Notes: generated from the sequence alone by a model not told the origin. 64,000 nt of DNA from Octopus vulgaris (GCA_951406725.2 OX597834.1:1612001-1676000); one strand, 5' to 3'. Counted from the stretch's first letter, positions 1 through 15,959 are shown. Numbers and translations are program-made.

Positions 1-18
1 TATACAACACCTTCATTG

Positions 19-560
19 ATATGTATGTACATAATATATATATATACATATTAATATATACATATATAATATATGTATATAAAATATATATGCCTATGTG
101 CGTGCGTGTGTGTGTATGTATATGTACGCGGGCGTGCGTATATATGAATGGGTGTATAAACGTATTTATATGTGTATATGTACGTATGTATATGTGTATG
201 CATATGTATGTATGCATGTATTATGTATGTATGCATGTATGTATTATATATGCATATATGTATGTATGTATATATATATATGTATGCATGTATGTGTGCA
301 TGTATGTATGCATGTATGTATGCATGTATGTATTATGTATGTATATATGTATGTATGTATGTATATATATATACATATATGCATGTATGTGTGCATGTAT
401 GTATGCATGTATGTATGCATGTATGTATGTATGTATTTATGTATGCTTATATGTGTGTATGTATTATGTATGTATCTATGTATGAATGTAAGTATGTATA
501 CATGTATGTATGTATGTATATATGTATGTATGTATGTATGTGTGTGTGTATGAATGTATA
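19..560. repeat. Compound (TA)n/(TATG)n/(TG)n microsatellite field
   Basis: Directly visible; the overlapping MYVC/YI ORFs are translations of the repeat. Confidence 0.95.
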
Positions 561-764
561 TCGATTGCAGCAGACCCGTTAAAGAAGCGATCTTTAGTTG
601 CAATATATTTGCTGTCTAAACATTATTTGACATTTGGCGCTAACTCCGAGGTAAGTGAAGAACTGTTCAGTGGCAGAAGAGGGTGGCGGAGAAGGGGAGA
701 AGAAGGAGGAGATTGACTGAAGGGTGGGAGGCAGAGGTACTTTCTATACTGTTTTGTTTGCACT

Positions 765-971
765 TGTATATATATATATGTGTGTATTAATATGTATACA
801 CATTCACATATATACACACGTATACATATATATATGTATATACATTCATATGTAATACTTATATACATATATATATATTATATATATATATATGTGTATA
901 TATGTATATATGTATATATATATATATGTGTGTATATTGTGTATATATGCATATATATATATATATTTGTA

Positions 972-1023
<52 letters not shown>

Positions 1024-1041
1024 TGTATGTATGTTTGTATG

Positions 1042-1091
<50 letters not shown>

Positions 1092-1365
1092 GGTATGCAC
1101 GTATATGTACACAGCAGATATACATATACATATATACACATAGATATATATCACATACACATATATCTATAGGTGTGTGTGTGTGTGTGCGAATCTATGT
1201 ATGCATGCATACATATTAATAACGACTGTATATAGAGAGATAGCTAGATAGTTAAATAGAATGATAGATAGATAGACGGACAGACAGACATATGTCTCGG
1301 TGAATGTTGCATTTATTGAACGATTACAAGCGTACATAGCCAGGATTGTACAAATGTATATATGT

Positions 1366-1443
<78 letters not shown>

Positions 1444-1650
1444 TATATACACATATAATGTATATATATATATTATATATATATATATTATATACACATA
1501 TAATATATATATATTATATATTAAATATATACACATATATATATACATATATGCATATATATATATATATTACATATATATATATACAAACATAGATATA
1601 TACATACATACACGCGCCCACAGGCATACATATACACACACATACATTGT
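765..1650. repeat. (TA)n-dominated microsatellite field
   Basis: Long perfect and imperfect TA runs with short GATA/GACA runs. Confidence 0.95.
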
Positions 1651-1789
1651 GTATGTACAATTCCGTCGACTCTTTCTACTGAAGATTTATGATTTACTAC
1701 CAACATCACTGCTGCCGCTCTTTCTCTCGCTACTGCTACAAATGCTCGAGAGTAGGTAACGGATTATGAGTCTGTTGTCAGAGCAACGG

Positions 1790-1975
1790 TAACGGGGGAC
1801 CTAGAAATAGCAGCCAAATACCCCTCAATTCACATTACTTGGCATTAACACAAAGGCGAAAGGAGACTCGTTAAATATTTCCAAGATGCATCCCTTCTCC
1901 ATCAGTATCAGGTGGGATGGCCACATGTCTAACGCCCATGGTCATAGGTTAGCCTGGACGTAAACGACAATTACA
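1790..1975 (+). repeat. Unclassified dispersed repeat, family D
   Basis: Shares CTAGAAATAGCAGCCAAAT, GATGGCCAC..AACGCC..GGTCATAGG and a CAA-type tail with copies at 26985-27990 and 34610-34830. Confidence 0.6.
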
Positions 1976-2109
1976 ACTACTACTACTAATACAAATACTA
2001 CAACTACTACAACGACGACGACGAAGATTGCTACTGCTACTGCTACTGCTGTTGTTGTTGTTGCTACTACTATTACTACTACAACAAGAAGAACAACAAC
2101 AACACCAAT

Positions 2110-3412
<1,303 letters not shown>

Positions 3413-3950
3413 TACCAGGCAGGGGCTCTCATGGCTTCTGATCTTAACTGATTGGAAGTGTTATCATGTACATTGTTTTGTCTTGGTATAAAAGATGGGC
3501 TACAGCAAATATTCTGCTCAATACCACAGATTTGCTTGTCAGTTGTTTGACCTAAACCAGTTGAGCATGTCCCTTAGTGGCTGACGATATGTGCATCTCT
3601 GATCACGAGCAGAAGTTGTGGGGAGCATCATAGCCATGTGTTGAGAGGGATTCTTTGGGGTTTGGATAATTCACCTTTGGAAACATGAGTGTTTCGTTCA
3701 ACATCCTTAGACAACCCTTATTCAAGGACCTTTTGAGCGGGATGGACTACTCGACCTGAAGAAAATTCTAACTAGGCCACACCTTCAAGTTCATGCGCTG
3801 TTTATCTTGATATGAGATCACCATGTGACGCACATACGGTTGTGGTCCATGTGCCTGGTGTACTCTTATCAGACGGGTAGTCATGATGGGGATACTGGGC
3901 TTCGTACATTTTACCCCAGGGTCACTTTGATAAGCGCTGCTCTCTCACTC
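3413..3950 (+). mobile_element. Putative non-coding retroposon (SINE or LINE 3' UTR) between (AAT)n and an (AAG)n tail
   Basis: Complex ~540 bp segment with no ORF, ending ...GCTCTCTCACTC directly before perfect (AAG)n. Family assignment is inference. Confidence 0.45.
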
Positions 3951-4029
3951 AAGAAGAAGAAGAAGAAGAAGAAGAAGAAGAAGAAGAAGAAGAAGAAGAA
4001 GAAGAAGAAGAAGAAGAAGAAGAAGAAGA
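3951..4029. repeat. (AAG)n microsatellite
   Basis: Perfect trinucleotide run. Confidence 0.98.
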
Positions 4030-4099
4030 TTGCGTGGAGTTAGAGTAAATATAGACTCCTATGTAGGTAATATTGAAGAAAGTTTATGAAGAACTGCTA

Positions 4100-4950
4100 G
4101 ATTCACAGCAAGACACAGGGAAACCAAAAAGAGAAAAACAAACGAAGTTAAAAAGCAGAAAAAAGAACGGAAGTTACCTGACTGGCAGGAGAAGGTTCTG
4201 CATGGTAGATTTCCAAAGATAGCTGCAGCAAATAGTAATGCTGAGACATAGTTACGGTTGCAGAAAGGAAGGCTGAAAAGGGAAACAGAAAGTTTGCTAG
4301 TAGCTGCTTAAGATCAAGAATTAAAGATTAATTGAATAAAAGCCAAGATGGTCAAAAACCAAGTAGATTCCCAATGTAGATTATGCAAATCAAAAGAGGA
4401 AAGTGTTACTCATGTAGTAGGTGAATGTAGCATGCTGCCACAGAAAGAATACAAGAAAAGACGCGACAATCTAGGGAGAGTAATCTATCGGGGGTTATGT
4501 AGAAAACTAGAATTTGAACATACTGATGAATGGTATGAACATGACCCTAGACAAGTACAGATGTTGTGAGAGTTTAACATTCAGACAGACAGAGTAATAG
4601 AAGCGAGAAGGGCTGATTAAGTAATAGTAGATAGAGAGAATGATGAGAAAGTCAGTATGAGGGGCATAGAGGAAATAGCAAAGTACCAGGACCTGGCCAT
4701 TGAATTACGAAGACTGTGAATAGTGCGGATGAAATGTATTCTAATAGTTATAGGGGCATTAGGAACTATCCCTAAAAGATCTGAACAGATGGATAAAGGA
4801 AATAGGTATAAAACCCAGTTTAGTACAGCTGCAGAAAACAGTATTATTAGGGACAGCCAGGATACTTGGGAGAGTTCTTGGCATCAAAGGTTACTTGTTG
4901 TAACCCGATGTTAATATTTTTTTCTTTTCTAACAGTCTAATCTCTTGTGT
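4100..4950 (+). pseudogene. 3' fragment of RLE-type non-LTR retrotransposon (R4/Dong-like): CCHC knuckle plus restriction-like endonuclease
   Basis: Translation across stops gives WQEKVLHGRF, LKRETESLLVAA*DQ, CRLCKSKEESVTHVVGEC, FNIQTDRVIEARRAD, KYQDLAIELRRL, IVIGALGTIPK, LQKTVLLGTARIL, followed by an (AAT)/(ATT) tail. Confidence 0.9.
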
Positions 4951-4976
4951 GTATAATAACAATAATAATAATAATA

Positions 4977-5030
<54 letters not shown>

Positions 5031-5084
5031 TCGCTTTTGGATTTGGCTAGCAAGATTCTTTATGTGAGTTCGTGTGTTGAAGCA

Positions 5085-5307
5085 TATTTTGTTGTGTATG
5101 GGGACAGTTATTCTCTTTTAGTGCCTTATTATTTAATACACTCAGCGGTTCAGTTTCCTAAAATTTTCTTTGCGTCTTGAAAATGCTACAAGACGCAACG
5201 AAAATTTTAGCAAAAATAAATAAGTAAATGGGTGGAAACTGAACCGGTGAGTGTGTTAAATAATAAGGCACTAAAAGAGAATAACTGTCTCCAAACACAA
5301 CAAAATA
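5085..5307. repeat. Fold-back inverted repeat (~73-bp outer arms plus ~22-bp inner stem)
   Basis: 5085-5158 pairs with 5234-5307 (~4 mismatches); 5158-5179 pairs with 5189-5210. Confidence 0.9.
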
Positions 5308-5402
5308 ATAGTAATATGCTGAAAACTTGCGGAAACCTAAGGTTACAGGGAGTAACCCGCTACCCACGTAAATCCTACCAGGTATAAGACCAAACCTGAG
5401 CC

Positions 5403-5640
<238 letters not shown>

Positions 5641-5641
5641 A

Positions 5642-5810
5642 TCCAATTTTCGCACAAGTTTAGCAATTTGAGGAGAGAGTTAGATTGATTACATCGTCCC
5701 CAGTAATCAAACCAGATTTATTTTATCGATCCCGAAAGAATGAAAGGTAAAGTCGACCTCGACGGAATTTGAACTCAGAACGTAAGGACGGACGAAATGC
5801 CGCTACGCAC
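5642..5810 (-). mobile_element. tRNA-derived SINE family A, 5'-truncated
   Basis: Reverse strand carries GAGTTCAAATTCC (B-box-like) and the CCTTTCATxCTTTCGGGxTCGATAAAAT core shared with other copies in the window. Confidence 0.85.
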
Positions 5811-6132
5811 TGGGTAATAAGAAAAGTATTAGCTGAAACTATGGCAACGGAGATGATGTCAGTCATTACATGGATGTGTAATTAAAATATGATTCTAATA
5901 TTTCATCTATGATGTTAATGTTTTTGATGATGCTGGTGGTGGTGGTGGTGGTGGTGGTGGTGGTGATAGAAGTAGCTTAGATGCTAGTGTTGGGGTAATA
6001 GTGGTAGTGAAGGCAGCGGCGATGCTGGTGGTGATAAAGCTAGTAGTGATATAGGTGCTAGTATTGATGGTGATACGGGGATAGTTGTGGCATTAGTGGC
6101 ATAGATGGCGTCGGTGCTAGTAGTAGTAGTAA

Positions 6133-6167
<35 letters not shown>

Positions 6168-6495
6168 ATTTCAAATTTTGGCACAAGGCCAGCATTTCCG
6201 AGGCGCGGGGAAGACAATTACATCGACTCCGGTGCATAACTGGTACTTATTTTATCGACCCCCGAAAGAATAAAATGCAAAATCGATCTCGGCCGAATTT
6301 GAACGTAGAACGTAAAGACGGAAGAAACGCCGCTAAGTATTTTGTCCGGCGCGCTAACGATTCTGCCATCTCGCCGCCTTAGGTGTAGTAGTCTTAATAT
6401 TATTTTCTACTCTAAGCACAAAACCTGAAATTAGATCGACCCCAGTACGCAACTGGTACTTAATTTATCGACCCCGAAAGGATGAAAGACTAAGT
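6168..6495 (-). mobile_element. SINE family A: near full copy (6168-6380) plus partial copy (6396-6495)
   Basis: Minus strand reads GGCGGCGAGATGGCAGAATCGTTAGCGCGCCGG...GTTCAAATTCGGCC...GGGGTCGATAAAATAAGTACCAGTT. The core resembles the Meta/MESC SINE domain (recall, unverified). Confidence 0.88.
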
Positions 6496-7039
6496 CAGGG
6501 AGAGGAGGAGGAGAGGAGAAGAGAGGAGAGGAGGAGGAGGAGGAGGAAGAAGAAAAAGAAGAAGAAGAAGAAGATGATGATGATGATGATGATGATGATA
6601 ACAACAACAACCACAACATCATCAACAGCAGCTGCAAACACAACAACAACAACAACAACTGTAACGTCAACAGCAATGGAACAGCAGCCTGCATCCAATG
6701 GCGTTCGGCAGCAAAGACCTTAAATCGCGCAAAATGGCTTTATCGCTGGTTTCGCTTATAAATCCGGTTGTTTGTGTGAAGTGATTGAAATGAGAAGAGG
6801 TGAAAAGTCTCTCAACTTTTTCTGATCTCAATAAACTACACTCAACTTTGACTTGGAATAAAATATTTTCCATTTGAACAGAAAAACTGATAGAAATATT
6901 GATAGATCACAAGTAAGGTTCCACACAAGATGATGGTTTCGGAACGCAACCACAGAAAAGAAAGAATTCTTTAAAAAGGAGAAGGTTTTAGAATTTGGAG
7001 TAAATTTCATGCGATTAGAAGGGCGCAGGAAAGAGTCGT

Positions 7040-7135
7040 AAAATCTTGAAGCTGAACCAACCGGGAAGAGACTTAGGAATGGACCAAGAATGAGATGGCT
7101 GGATAATAGTCATGATTTCAGTTGGTTACGCACGG
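7040..7135 (+). pseudogene. Degenerate RTE-like LINE C-terminal fragment
   Basis: EAEPTGKRLRNGPRMRWLDN resembles the RTE P.GKR..GRP..RW.D motif. Confidence 0.4.
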
Positions 7136-8749
7136 GGAGCCTGAGAACCCTACCCCCACGACCTTCCCTGTGATCAGACCTGGAGAGGAATAGACACTCC
7201 CAGGCCTAAAAATATGCTTAAACACATCGCACGTTACGAGGAGGTCCCCACGCGCGTGTGTGTGTGGATGATTGGATGTGTAAATCTGAAGAGCATCGGA
7301 GTATGTGTTGTCGACAGCGATGTTGAGAAAATAAAGAGATTTTGATTTAACAGTTCCATTATTATAAGTGAAAACTTCTGTCAGGGCTGCTGCATCTGTG
7401 AAGACCGAATACTGCGGGGTTTCGAACTCGCGACTTTCATCTCCACACAAAAAAAAATGAATGGTTTTGGTTTTAGAAATTTACGAAATATCTTCGACTA
7501 CGAGGAAACGTCAATGAAAATAAAAAGATGGGATGGCCACGGCCAGAATGAGCCTGTTGATCAAAGTCTGTGAGACTCTGGGGTTATCTTAAAATTGCGT
7601 TGAATATTTTCGAAGACAAAATGTCCAGATCTGTAAGGATTCTATAACAGAACCGAAATGAACGACAACAACAGTAACAACAACCACAACAATATCAACA
7701 ACAGGGATGGCATCAACAACCATAACAACAACAACAGCAATACCATAATAACACCCACGATAGTAAGAGAAACAACAACAACAGCATTTTCAATAACAAC
7801 GTTAGCAACAATATTTCCGCTTGACAATATTTCCGCTTTGGTGATAAAACTTATATTTTAGGGAAAATTAATTATGAAAAAAAGAATTATTTCAAGGCTG
7901 AATCGGTTTCCAACTGGAATTGGTTCACGGTTGATTTCTTTTTCTTCAATTTTAGATTTGCGAATGGATCTCCGTCACTATCAGCGACGATTACTCCAGT
8001 TGTTTGGATTTCTAAACTGTCCATTACTGAGAGTATCGATTATATGGCTGAGTATACCGCATACACGCGAACCTTAATGTAATCGCCTCCCCAAAACATT
8101 CAGCATGAATCAATGGGACAAGGCTGTGTCTTTTAACCGTTTGCTTGTCCTGGGTACCACGTGACACACGGGGCATATTTCCCGGACGTCCACACATCAT
8201 ACAGAATACACATTCCAGAAATGTGTTCAACCAGCTGAGTTTCTTGGGACTTGTAAATGGAAAGCTTGGGATCGCTCAGTACGGATGAAACAAAGCCAAA
8301 CAAAAAGTCCGGAAGCAAAAATGGACGTTTAGGACAAGGTTATGAAAATGTTTTGGACCGACAAAGTCTTAAATAAACAACAACTGTGTCCATACTTTGT
8401 GAGTTTGTGATTTCGGTAGTGGTTTGATGGTAGGGTTAACCATTTGCCTTTCACATCTGACACAGCAGACACAGTTCCCTGTTATCCATGTGTCATATAA
8501 GACGAACATTCCCACGTTTTTCACCGCCAGAGTAGCTTGGAACTTCCCATTGGGAAGCTTTGTATTGTTCAGAACGTATGGAATAAGGGCTAACTAAAAC
8601 AAAACTGGAAATAAGAATGGACGAAAACTCTTTCGACAGGCAAAAGGTTAATTACAGGTATAGCCTGTCTTGTTTTGTAATATATGTGTGGCCGAGTATT
8701 CCATAAACGTGACAGAGAATAAGACAAGGCTTACTTTTGAATTACAAGC

Positions 8750-8915
8750 ACAATCCATCCGATGAGCTTCTGCATAGTTTCCATATAGCCCCAGTATAAT
8801 TCACAAAATACTGGGCTGATGCAAGACAACGGCAGAGGCTTTTATTTGCCAAAGTAAATTCAAACAGAACCCACTTGCTTACAAATCGAGCATCTTAACT
8901 ACTGAGCCATACATT
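8750..8915 (-). mobile_element. Degraded SINE family B 5' half
   Basis: Minus strand ATGGCTCAGTAGTTAAGATGCTCG...TTGGCAAAT...TGGAAACTATGCAGAAGC matches the family B head loosely. Confidence 0.5.
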
Positions 8916-10164
8916 TTTGTGTGAGTAGCAAACCATTCCAAAACACCTCCTCACCTCCCAGCCCCACCTCATTAAAACTTGATTTTCAGGAAATAATTTG
9001 AGCTAATCATAGCAAATTAAACAGTAAAACCACTTTATTCCCGAGTTTACCCTCCAGTGAAATAATGCTGTTTAATTGCGTTCTTCACATTTCAAGGTTA
9101 GTGCCATTCTGCAGAAATTGCCGTTAGAACTTTTACCATTTTTCCTTCCCACTGCAGATAATAATTGGCTTGTCTACACAATATGTCGTGAGGAATACTC
9201 TTCAAAATATGAATGGCGCAGTGAAATCGCAATGGATTTAATATCTTGCATTCTCTTCACTTGAGATATTAGCAATTTCAGGTGTTCTCAAGAAGGAACT
9301 GCCAAAAATGTTTGTAACCAAACATACACCTGCATTGCTGTGATTAAGAAGGAAGTTTTGCACCCAGGTAAGACTGGGTTCGATCATGTGGTGCAGAGCA
9401 GCAACTTGAACAAGTGTCTTCTACGATATCTTCAAGGGTTAAGCAAAAGCTTCTGAATAAATACTCGATACACATTATGCAGAATTTTGTTTTATACAAA
9501 CAAACGGACAGACAGAGGATCTTTTGTCTAATAATGTAACGTAATTGCTATGTACTATAAATGCTCGGCTTGGTTTACCGCTAAACTTCCGGATTGAACT
9601 GCAACTGAAAGAAGGATGGTGCTGAAAATGCCTATCAAAGATGGCTAGAAGTGGTTCATCGTTGAGCAGGTAGATATATGTTAGGAAGAGATCATGGACA
9701 AGCAATACTTGTGATACCACATTAAAGCATGTAATTTCTAATTGAAATGTAGTGCCGTGTAGTTAAGTAACTAATTATTTACTTAATTACTCTGCACTTC
9801 ATATTCCTTGACTTCAAATTCAAATTTTGAATCTTGCCTCACGTTATTAGAAGGTAGCTATCCATCTTCGTATCAACGGCCATCCACTGGGCACCGAGTC
9901 CATCTGTAATATTTCCCTCACTTTTTCCTACTGGAGCGTTTTACGTGTTACAGAGACTAATTGTGTCTACACGAAACTACGGCAACATCAGCTCTCCTAC
10001 ACCTGTCTCTTACACCAAACTGGGATGACACGTGATACTCATACCAAGCACCTTGCATCTAACACATACTGTCATCACACGTGACATAGTTTATTTGACA
10101 TATACTATTATCATGTGAGTTTTATCTGACATATACCCTCGTGTGACATATACGATCCTTTTTC

Positions 10165-10365
10165 TCCTCTCTCTCTCACACACACTCTCTCTCTATCTCT
10201 ATCTCTTTGTATATATATATATATATATATATGCACATATACATACACATGTAAGTATGTAACAATGTGTATGTATGTAATATACATTATATATTTATAG
10301 GAACCTACATATGTGCGTGTTAATGTGTTGTTTGCTTGTGTGCACACACACAAACACACACACAA

Positions 10366-10429
<64 letters not shown>

Positions 10430-10540
10430 TCCTACGTATTTATAGATATGAAACGTGACAGAAGAACAACAGGTTTGAATGTGTCTTTACATATATAATT
10501 ATGCGTGTGTATATGTATAAATATAAAAGTGTGTGTGTAC

Positions 10541-10578
<38 letters not shown>

Positions 10579-11173
10579 ATTCTGTGGGCGCGCATTTCAA
10601 TAATAACTGTGTATTTAGGTTTCTCTGCACAAGTCTATCTTGGGAAGCGATTAGGCTCACCTCTTAATATTTCAAACTGCCACGTGAATCTCCCGGACTC
10701 TTCATAAATTATTCAATTTAAACGTTTGGAAAAAGAATGAGTGAAGAATTGAAGAATATAGAATATTGATGACATCAGTGTTGATGAGGTGGGGAGTGAG
10801 ATTGGAAAGGTAGTGAGGTGGGGAGGCTTTTTATTGTTTTCCGGATTAAACAATGCCATTTCGTAGTCTATTGTCGCGTAGTTTTGTTTCTTGTTTTACC
10901 ACCATCATCACCATCGCCGCCACCACCACCACCACCTTCAACATCACCATCACCACAATCACCACCCTTATATATATCCATTGCATTATTTTCATTTCCT
11001 TATCTTTAGCCTATTGTTGGAGCACTTTTCATCAGTTTCATTTAAAACAATTTACGTGAACATGTGCGTGTGTGTTTGTGTGTGAGTATGTGTGTGTATG
11101 TACACATATGCTTATGTGTGTATACATACACTTATAAAGATATATATATATATGTACATACACATATACATAT

Positions 11174-11245
<72 letters not shown>

Positions 11246-11879
11246 TAGCATTACGGTAGTCAATAAAACTCGTTTAGATGCAGTGGAAACACAACACAAT
11301 ATATATATATATATATATATACTAGTAATAACATATATATATATATATATATATGCATATATATATATATATATATATACACACAAACACACACTTGTGT
11401 TTGCTCATGTTTGTTGAAAACAAGCATATATATATATCTGGTGTATATGTGTAGTTTGTATGTGTGTGCGTGTGTGTGTGCGTGTACGTGTGTGTAAATG
11501 TGTGTGCACGCACATAAAAGTCAACAAGAACAGAAAAGAACAAACGCATTTTTTTGTTCGTATTCTGCTTGTTTGTTTTACTGATACATTACACCCCGTA
11601 TTGAGTACTTTATTGCTATTGTTTTCTGTTGCATATGATACAATTGTATCTATTATACACTTTCCAAGCCACGCTGTTATATCGGAATAAGCTAGAAAAG
11701 CTAGCGCAATCTCTTTCCTTCTTATATTACACTAACCACAAACAATTATTAAAATGTTTTCTTTAAACTCTGAAGAGCGCTTAAAAGATTAACATGGCGG
11801 AAAACGTACGCATTTATTTTATGTCTTATTGTTCTTACTCTATTTCTCTCCCGTATAGTGTATACTATATCCGCGTATA

Positions 11880-11910
<31 letters not shown>

Positions 11911-12073
11911 CTCGTTAAAAATTATGGCTATGAAAGGTGTGTATGTATATATGTGTGTGCGTATATATGTAAATATGTGCGTGTGTGTATATATATATAT
12001 GTCATCTAGTCAAAAAGTATGGCTATGAAAAGATATGTATGTTTATGTATGTATTTATAAATGTATATATGTG

Positions 12074-12135
<62 letters not shown>
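10165..12135. repeat. Cluster of (TC)n, (TA)n, (CA)n, (TG)n and (CAC)n microsatellites with short unique spacers
   Basis: Directly visible. Confidence 0.9.
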
Positions 12136-12137
<2 letters not shown>

Positions 12138-12329
12138 TGGTGATCTATCTATGCTCGGTTCTGAGGTAGGTTGCCTCTCTTGTCAGTCAATAAGACGGTG
12201 CTTATCATGGCCATGACTTGGTTTGACTCTTATTTCTAGCAATACCGGTGGTCACTATCGCCCTTGGTCATTTTAGTGATGTATATCCTTTTGCCTTTCA
12301 GTTGAAAAATTGCTGACAAGCCACCCTTA

Positions 12330-12629
<300 letters not shown>

Positions 12630-13151
12630 TTATATATCACAACTCGTGTTCCACATCTCCTTTTTTAAATATATATATATAAATTCAACATGTATGAGAG
12701 GTGAATATATAGTTATTTAATCATGTGACTCCTTTAGGATTACTGCTGTTTCGCAACCTTTTTTTATATAGAATTAAGTACAGTATGGAAGAAATCATGC
12801 GTACATGTTTGCATTTATATGTCTTCTAGGAATTATGCCATACAACTGTATGTTCACAAATCAACGCAAATAAAGAACGCTGTCTCATGAGATCAGCGGA
12901 ACATCAGGGTTACACCAACGATTCAAATTTAGACATAATCTCTTCATATATACAATGTATGGAAGGCCGATACAAGACAAAAATAGGTTGATGTGGTTTG
13001 TGAAATTAAGTGGAAGTTGTAGATAGTCATCTTGCATGGATACTAAATACAATGTGTTTTGTATCATTGCAGTGACTGGTGACTCTTAGAATTCTGTGTT
13101 GATGTCTATCAAACTGAGTTTCGTCCGTGCCATGTTACGAAACATTAAATA

Positions 13152-13283
<132 letters not shown>

Positions 13284-13419
13284 CCTCTCTCTCAGCTGGA
13301 TAACAAACATGAATATTCTTCCTTATGCACCCAGATGTATCTCTCTTGCTTGTTTGTGGAATAGTTGAACCAAAACTAGACCCCATACACATGTGCGTTC
13401 GTGTACAGCTGGACGACTG

Positions 13420-13516
13420 TATTAACCGGACGATCGGACGTTGCTATACTCTGCTGGTCACAATGTAATTCCTAAAATTTTGACAGCTTTAGAATGATGC
13501 ACTCAGCTGGTAAGGT

Positions 13517-13574
<58 letters not shown>

Positions 13575-13756
13575 TAACATTCCTCCTGAATGGGACACCA
13601 CTCTGTTGCCGGGTTAATCTTTCACAGCTGAAACCAGTGGAGCAACAGGAGAGGAAATGTTTTAATTAAGAACACAATGCACCGCTCGTCTGGGAATTGA
13701 AACCACGATCTTGCGACCGTGAAAGCAATACTCTAACCACAAGGCCACGCCCCTTC
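13420..13756 (-). mobile_element. tRNA-derived SINE family C (Nin/Deu-like core) with internal 9-bp expansion
   Basis: Minus strand: GGCGTGGCCTTGTGGTTAG (A box), GGTTTCAATTCCC (B box), TTGTGTTCTT...TTGCTCCA..CAGCTG core shared with 32254-32539; contains (GGGCCAGGC)6 at 13517-13574. Confidence 0.75.
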
Positions 13757-14139
13757 ACACACACACATACTTGTGTATGTGTGTATGTATGTGTGTGTCT
13801 GTGTGTGTGTCCGTGTGTGTGTCTGTGTGTATGTCTGGGTGTGTCTGAGTGTGTGTCAGTGTGTGTATGTATGTGTGTGCGTGAGTGTACGTATGTAAAG
13901 CACAACGGGCATTCGATCTGACTTCATTATCAGTATATAACTCTCTTCAAATCAGTTACAAGGGTTTTATTTTTTGGGGATACCTTATGTCGAATGAAAC
14001 GCTAACACAAAAAACGAAAAGCCATGCAGTCATTGTGGTCCTATGTGCAGAAACACAGCGATTCAGAAATTGCCAACTTTTAAAATACTGCACAGATCTT
14101 TTATACACAAAGTTCTAATGGAATTGCCAGAGTGATGCA

Positions 14140-14690
14140 AATTAAGTTTCTAGCAAATCTGATGGTTTTAGGAATGTTCAGTAAAAAGGGTCGTGTCATG
14201 CCACCTCACATCTTTCCACAGAGTCTTAGAATTAATGTTAACAGATACGATGAAGTACTGGAGACAGATGTTAAGCCCTAGATATACGAAATAAGCAGTG
14301 GAAAACCGTAAATGTTTCAACAAGACTCACGAAACCCAACAAACCCAGGAATGGATGTCAGACAATCTTTACGATCATACAACACCAAACTTGTAGTCTC
14401 CAAACCCAGCAGATTTCAATCCCATGGACTGCCATGTTCGGAGCGTTGTTGAAAGGGAGACAACTCGACATGCTCACTGAAGGCCATCATTGTCCAGTGA
14501 TGAATGCGGACCATTTAGTGCCAACATGTTAATGGCTCCGGTCCTGCATTCATTGATCGAAGACGGATTCATAGAAAGAATCTTGTAAGAAAGCTTATCG
14601 AGAACTTACGTGAATATTTTTCTGAAGATAAAGATTTGGTTTTTGATAGATTAGACTTGTTTTATCACATTAGCAAATATACCCTGAAAT
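14140..14690 (+). pseudogene. Tc1/mariner superfamily (DD37D/maT-like) transposase C-terminal relic with probable right end
   Basis: Translation MVLGMFSKKGRVMPPHIFPQSLRIN..Y.EVLETDVKP, FQQDS, TQEWM, SPNPADFNPMDCHVRSVVERET, matching FQQDSAP.H and WPPNSPDLNPLDY motifs. Confidence 0.85.
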
Positions 14691-14753
14691 ACCTCTCGTT
14701 TGTATGGATGTATGTATATATGCATGTATTTATGTACTATGTATGTATGTATT

Positions 14754-14823
<70 letters not shown>

Positions 14824-15857
14824 CGTATTATACCTCTATGTATATGCATACATTCATACACTTACCAATATAATATATAAGCGCGTCATACATATCTTCC
14901 TCTGTGTGTGTGTATGTGTGTGTGTGTGAGTGTATGTATGTATGCATACATGTATGTATATATATGTGTGTGTGTGTGTTTGTGTTTTTGTGTATACATA
15001 CCTATACATACACATATTCATATGCTTATGTATGTCTGTGTGTATATGGCATGGTTTTCATTACATTAGAGATATTAAGAAAGGAATTATGTTGCTTTAA
15101 ACTGTATCTCACCTATTTTGCTCGGGAATGTTTGAGAGCGGCGAACGTCGTGCGGTAATGTAATTTGTAACAAACAAATGTCGATGGATCTCTTTTATTC
15201 AATTGTATCCTAAACAAAGGCAAAACGTGATGCGAACGATTTCCACGCCATTCTTTTGTTGCTAATTCATTTATGTATTTCGTTATATGCTTTTTTTGTT
15301 TTGTTTTTTTTTTAGTTTTGCGTTATTTCAACTTCGTTCATGAAAATTCTTGTTTATTTCAATATCTTGCAACAAATATCATAAGAATTTATCTGCCGTC
15401 ATCGTCATCGTCTTCGTAATGGTGTTTGTTGTTGTTGTTGTTATGATTGCATATTTAGCGGCGGTGAATTGCAGAATCGGCAAACTGACGAACAGAAATG
15501 ATGTCTTGCTATATTTTCTTGTCAATCGTTCATTTTTGAGTCCATATTTCACTTCCGGAGTTTTACTTCATTTTCTATGGGGAGGTGTAAATGAAATAAC
15601 CAGGTAATTTACAGTAGATAATTGATGAGTTGTTAATTGGCAGCGCCTTCTATTCTTCATATTTGGAATTAATCGTTCTCCACGTATGGAGTTCTTCCAC
15701 ATCAACTCGTTCAGAGGGGAAGGGATATTGAAGGGGGACGATATCAGGCGGTGCAGTGAATTAAATGACAAACATCAAAAGCTTTGAATGGTGTCATCAA
15801 CGCCAAGAATTTGCCTGTTTTCCGATTAATCTAATGCTTGCAAATTCCTCACGTCTT

Positions 15858-15955
15858 TGAGCTGACAGAATTGTTAGCATGCTGGACAAAATGCTCAGCA
15901 GCAAGTTTAAATTGCTTTTCATCTTTTCGGAGGTTGATAAAATACATACTAGACA
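15858..15955 (+). mobile_element. Internally deleted SINE family A
   Basis: GAGCTGACAGAATTGTTAGCATGCTGGACAAAATGC joined to CTTTTCATCTTTTCGGAGGTTGATAAAATA. Confidence 0.7.
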
Positions 15956-15959
15956 AGAA

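Noticed and set aside
565-656. Possible small exon ending GAG/GTAAGT
   Set aside because: The donor is good and the frame is open, but there is no polypyrimidine acceptor, recognisable protein or partner exon; RNA-seq would be needed.
7118-7450. 110-aa non-repetitive ORF
   Set aside because: Non-ATG start, no recognisable domain, and it overlaps LINE debris.
8436-8651. piggyBac-like MITE (TTAA-CCATTTGCCT...AGGCAAAAGG-TTAA)
   Set aside because: Only ~10 bp of imperfect TIR; cannot be supported without other copies.
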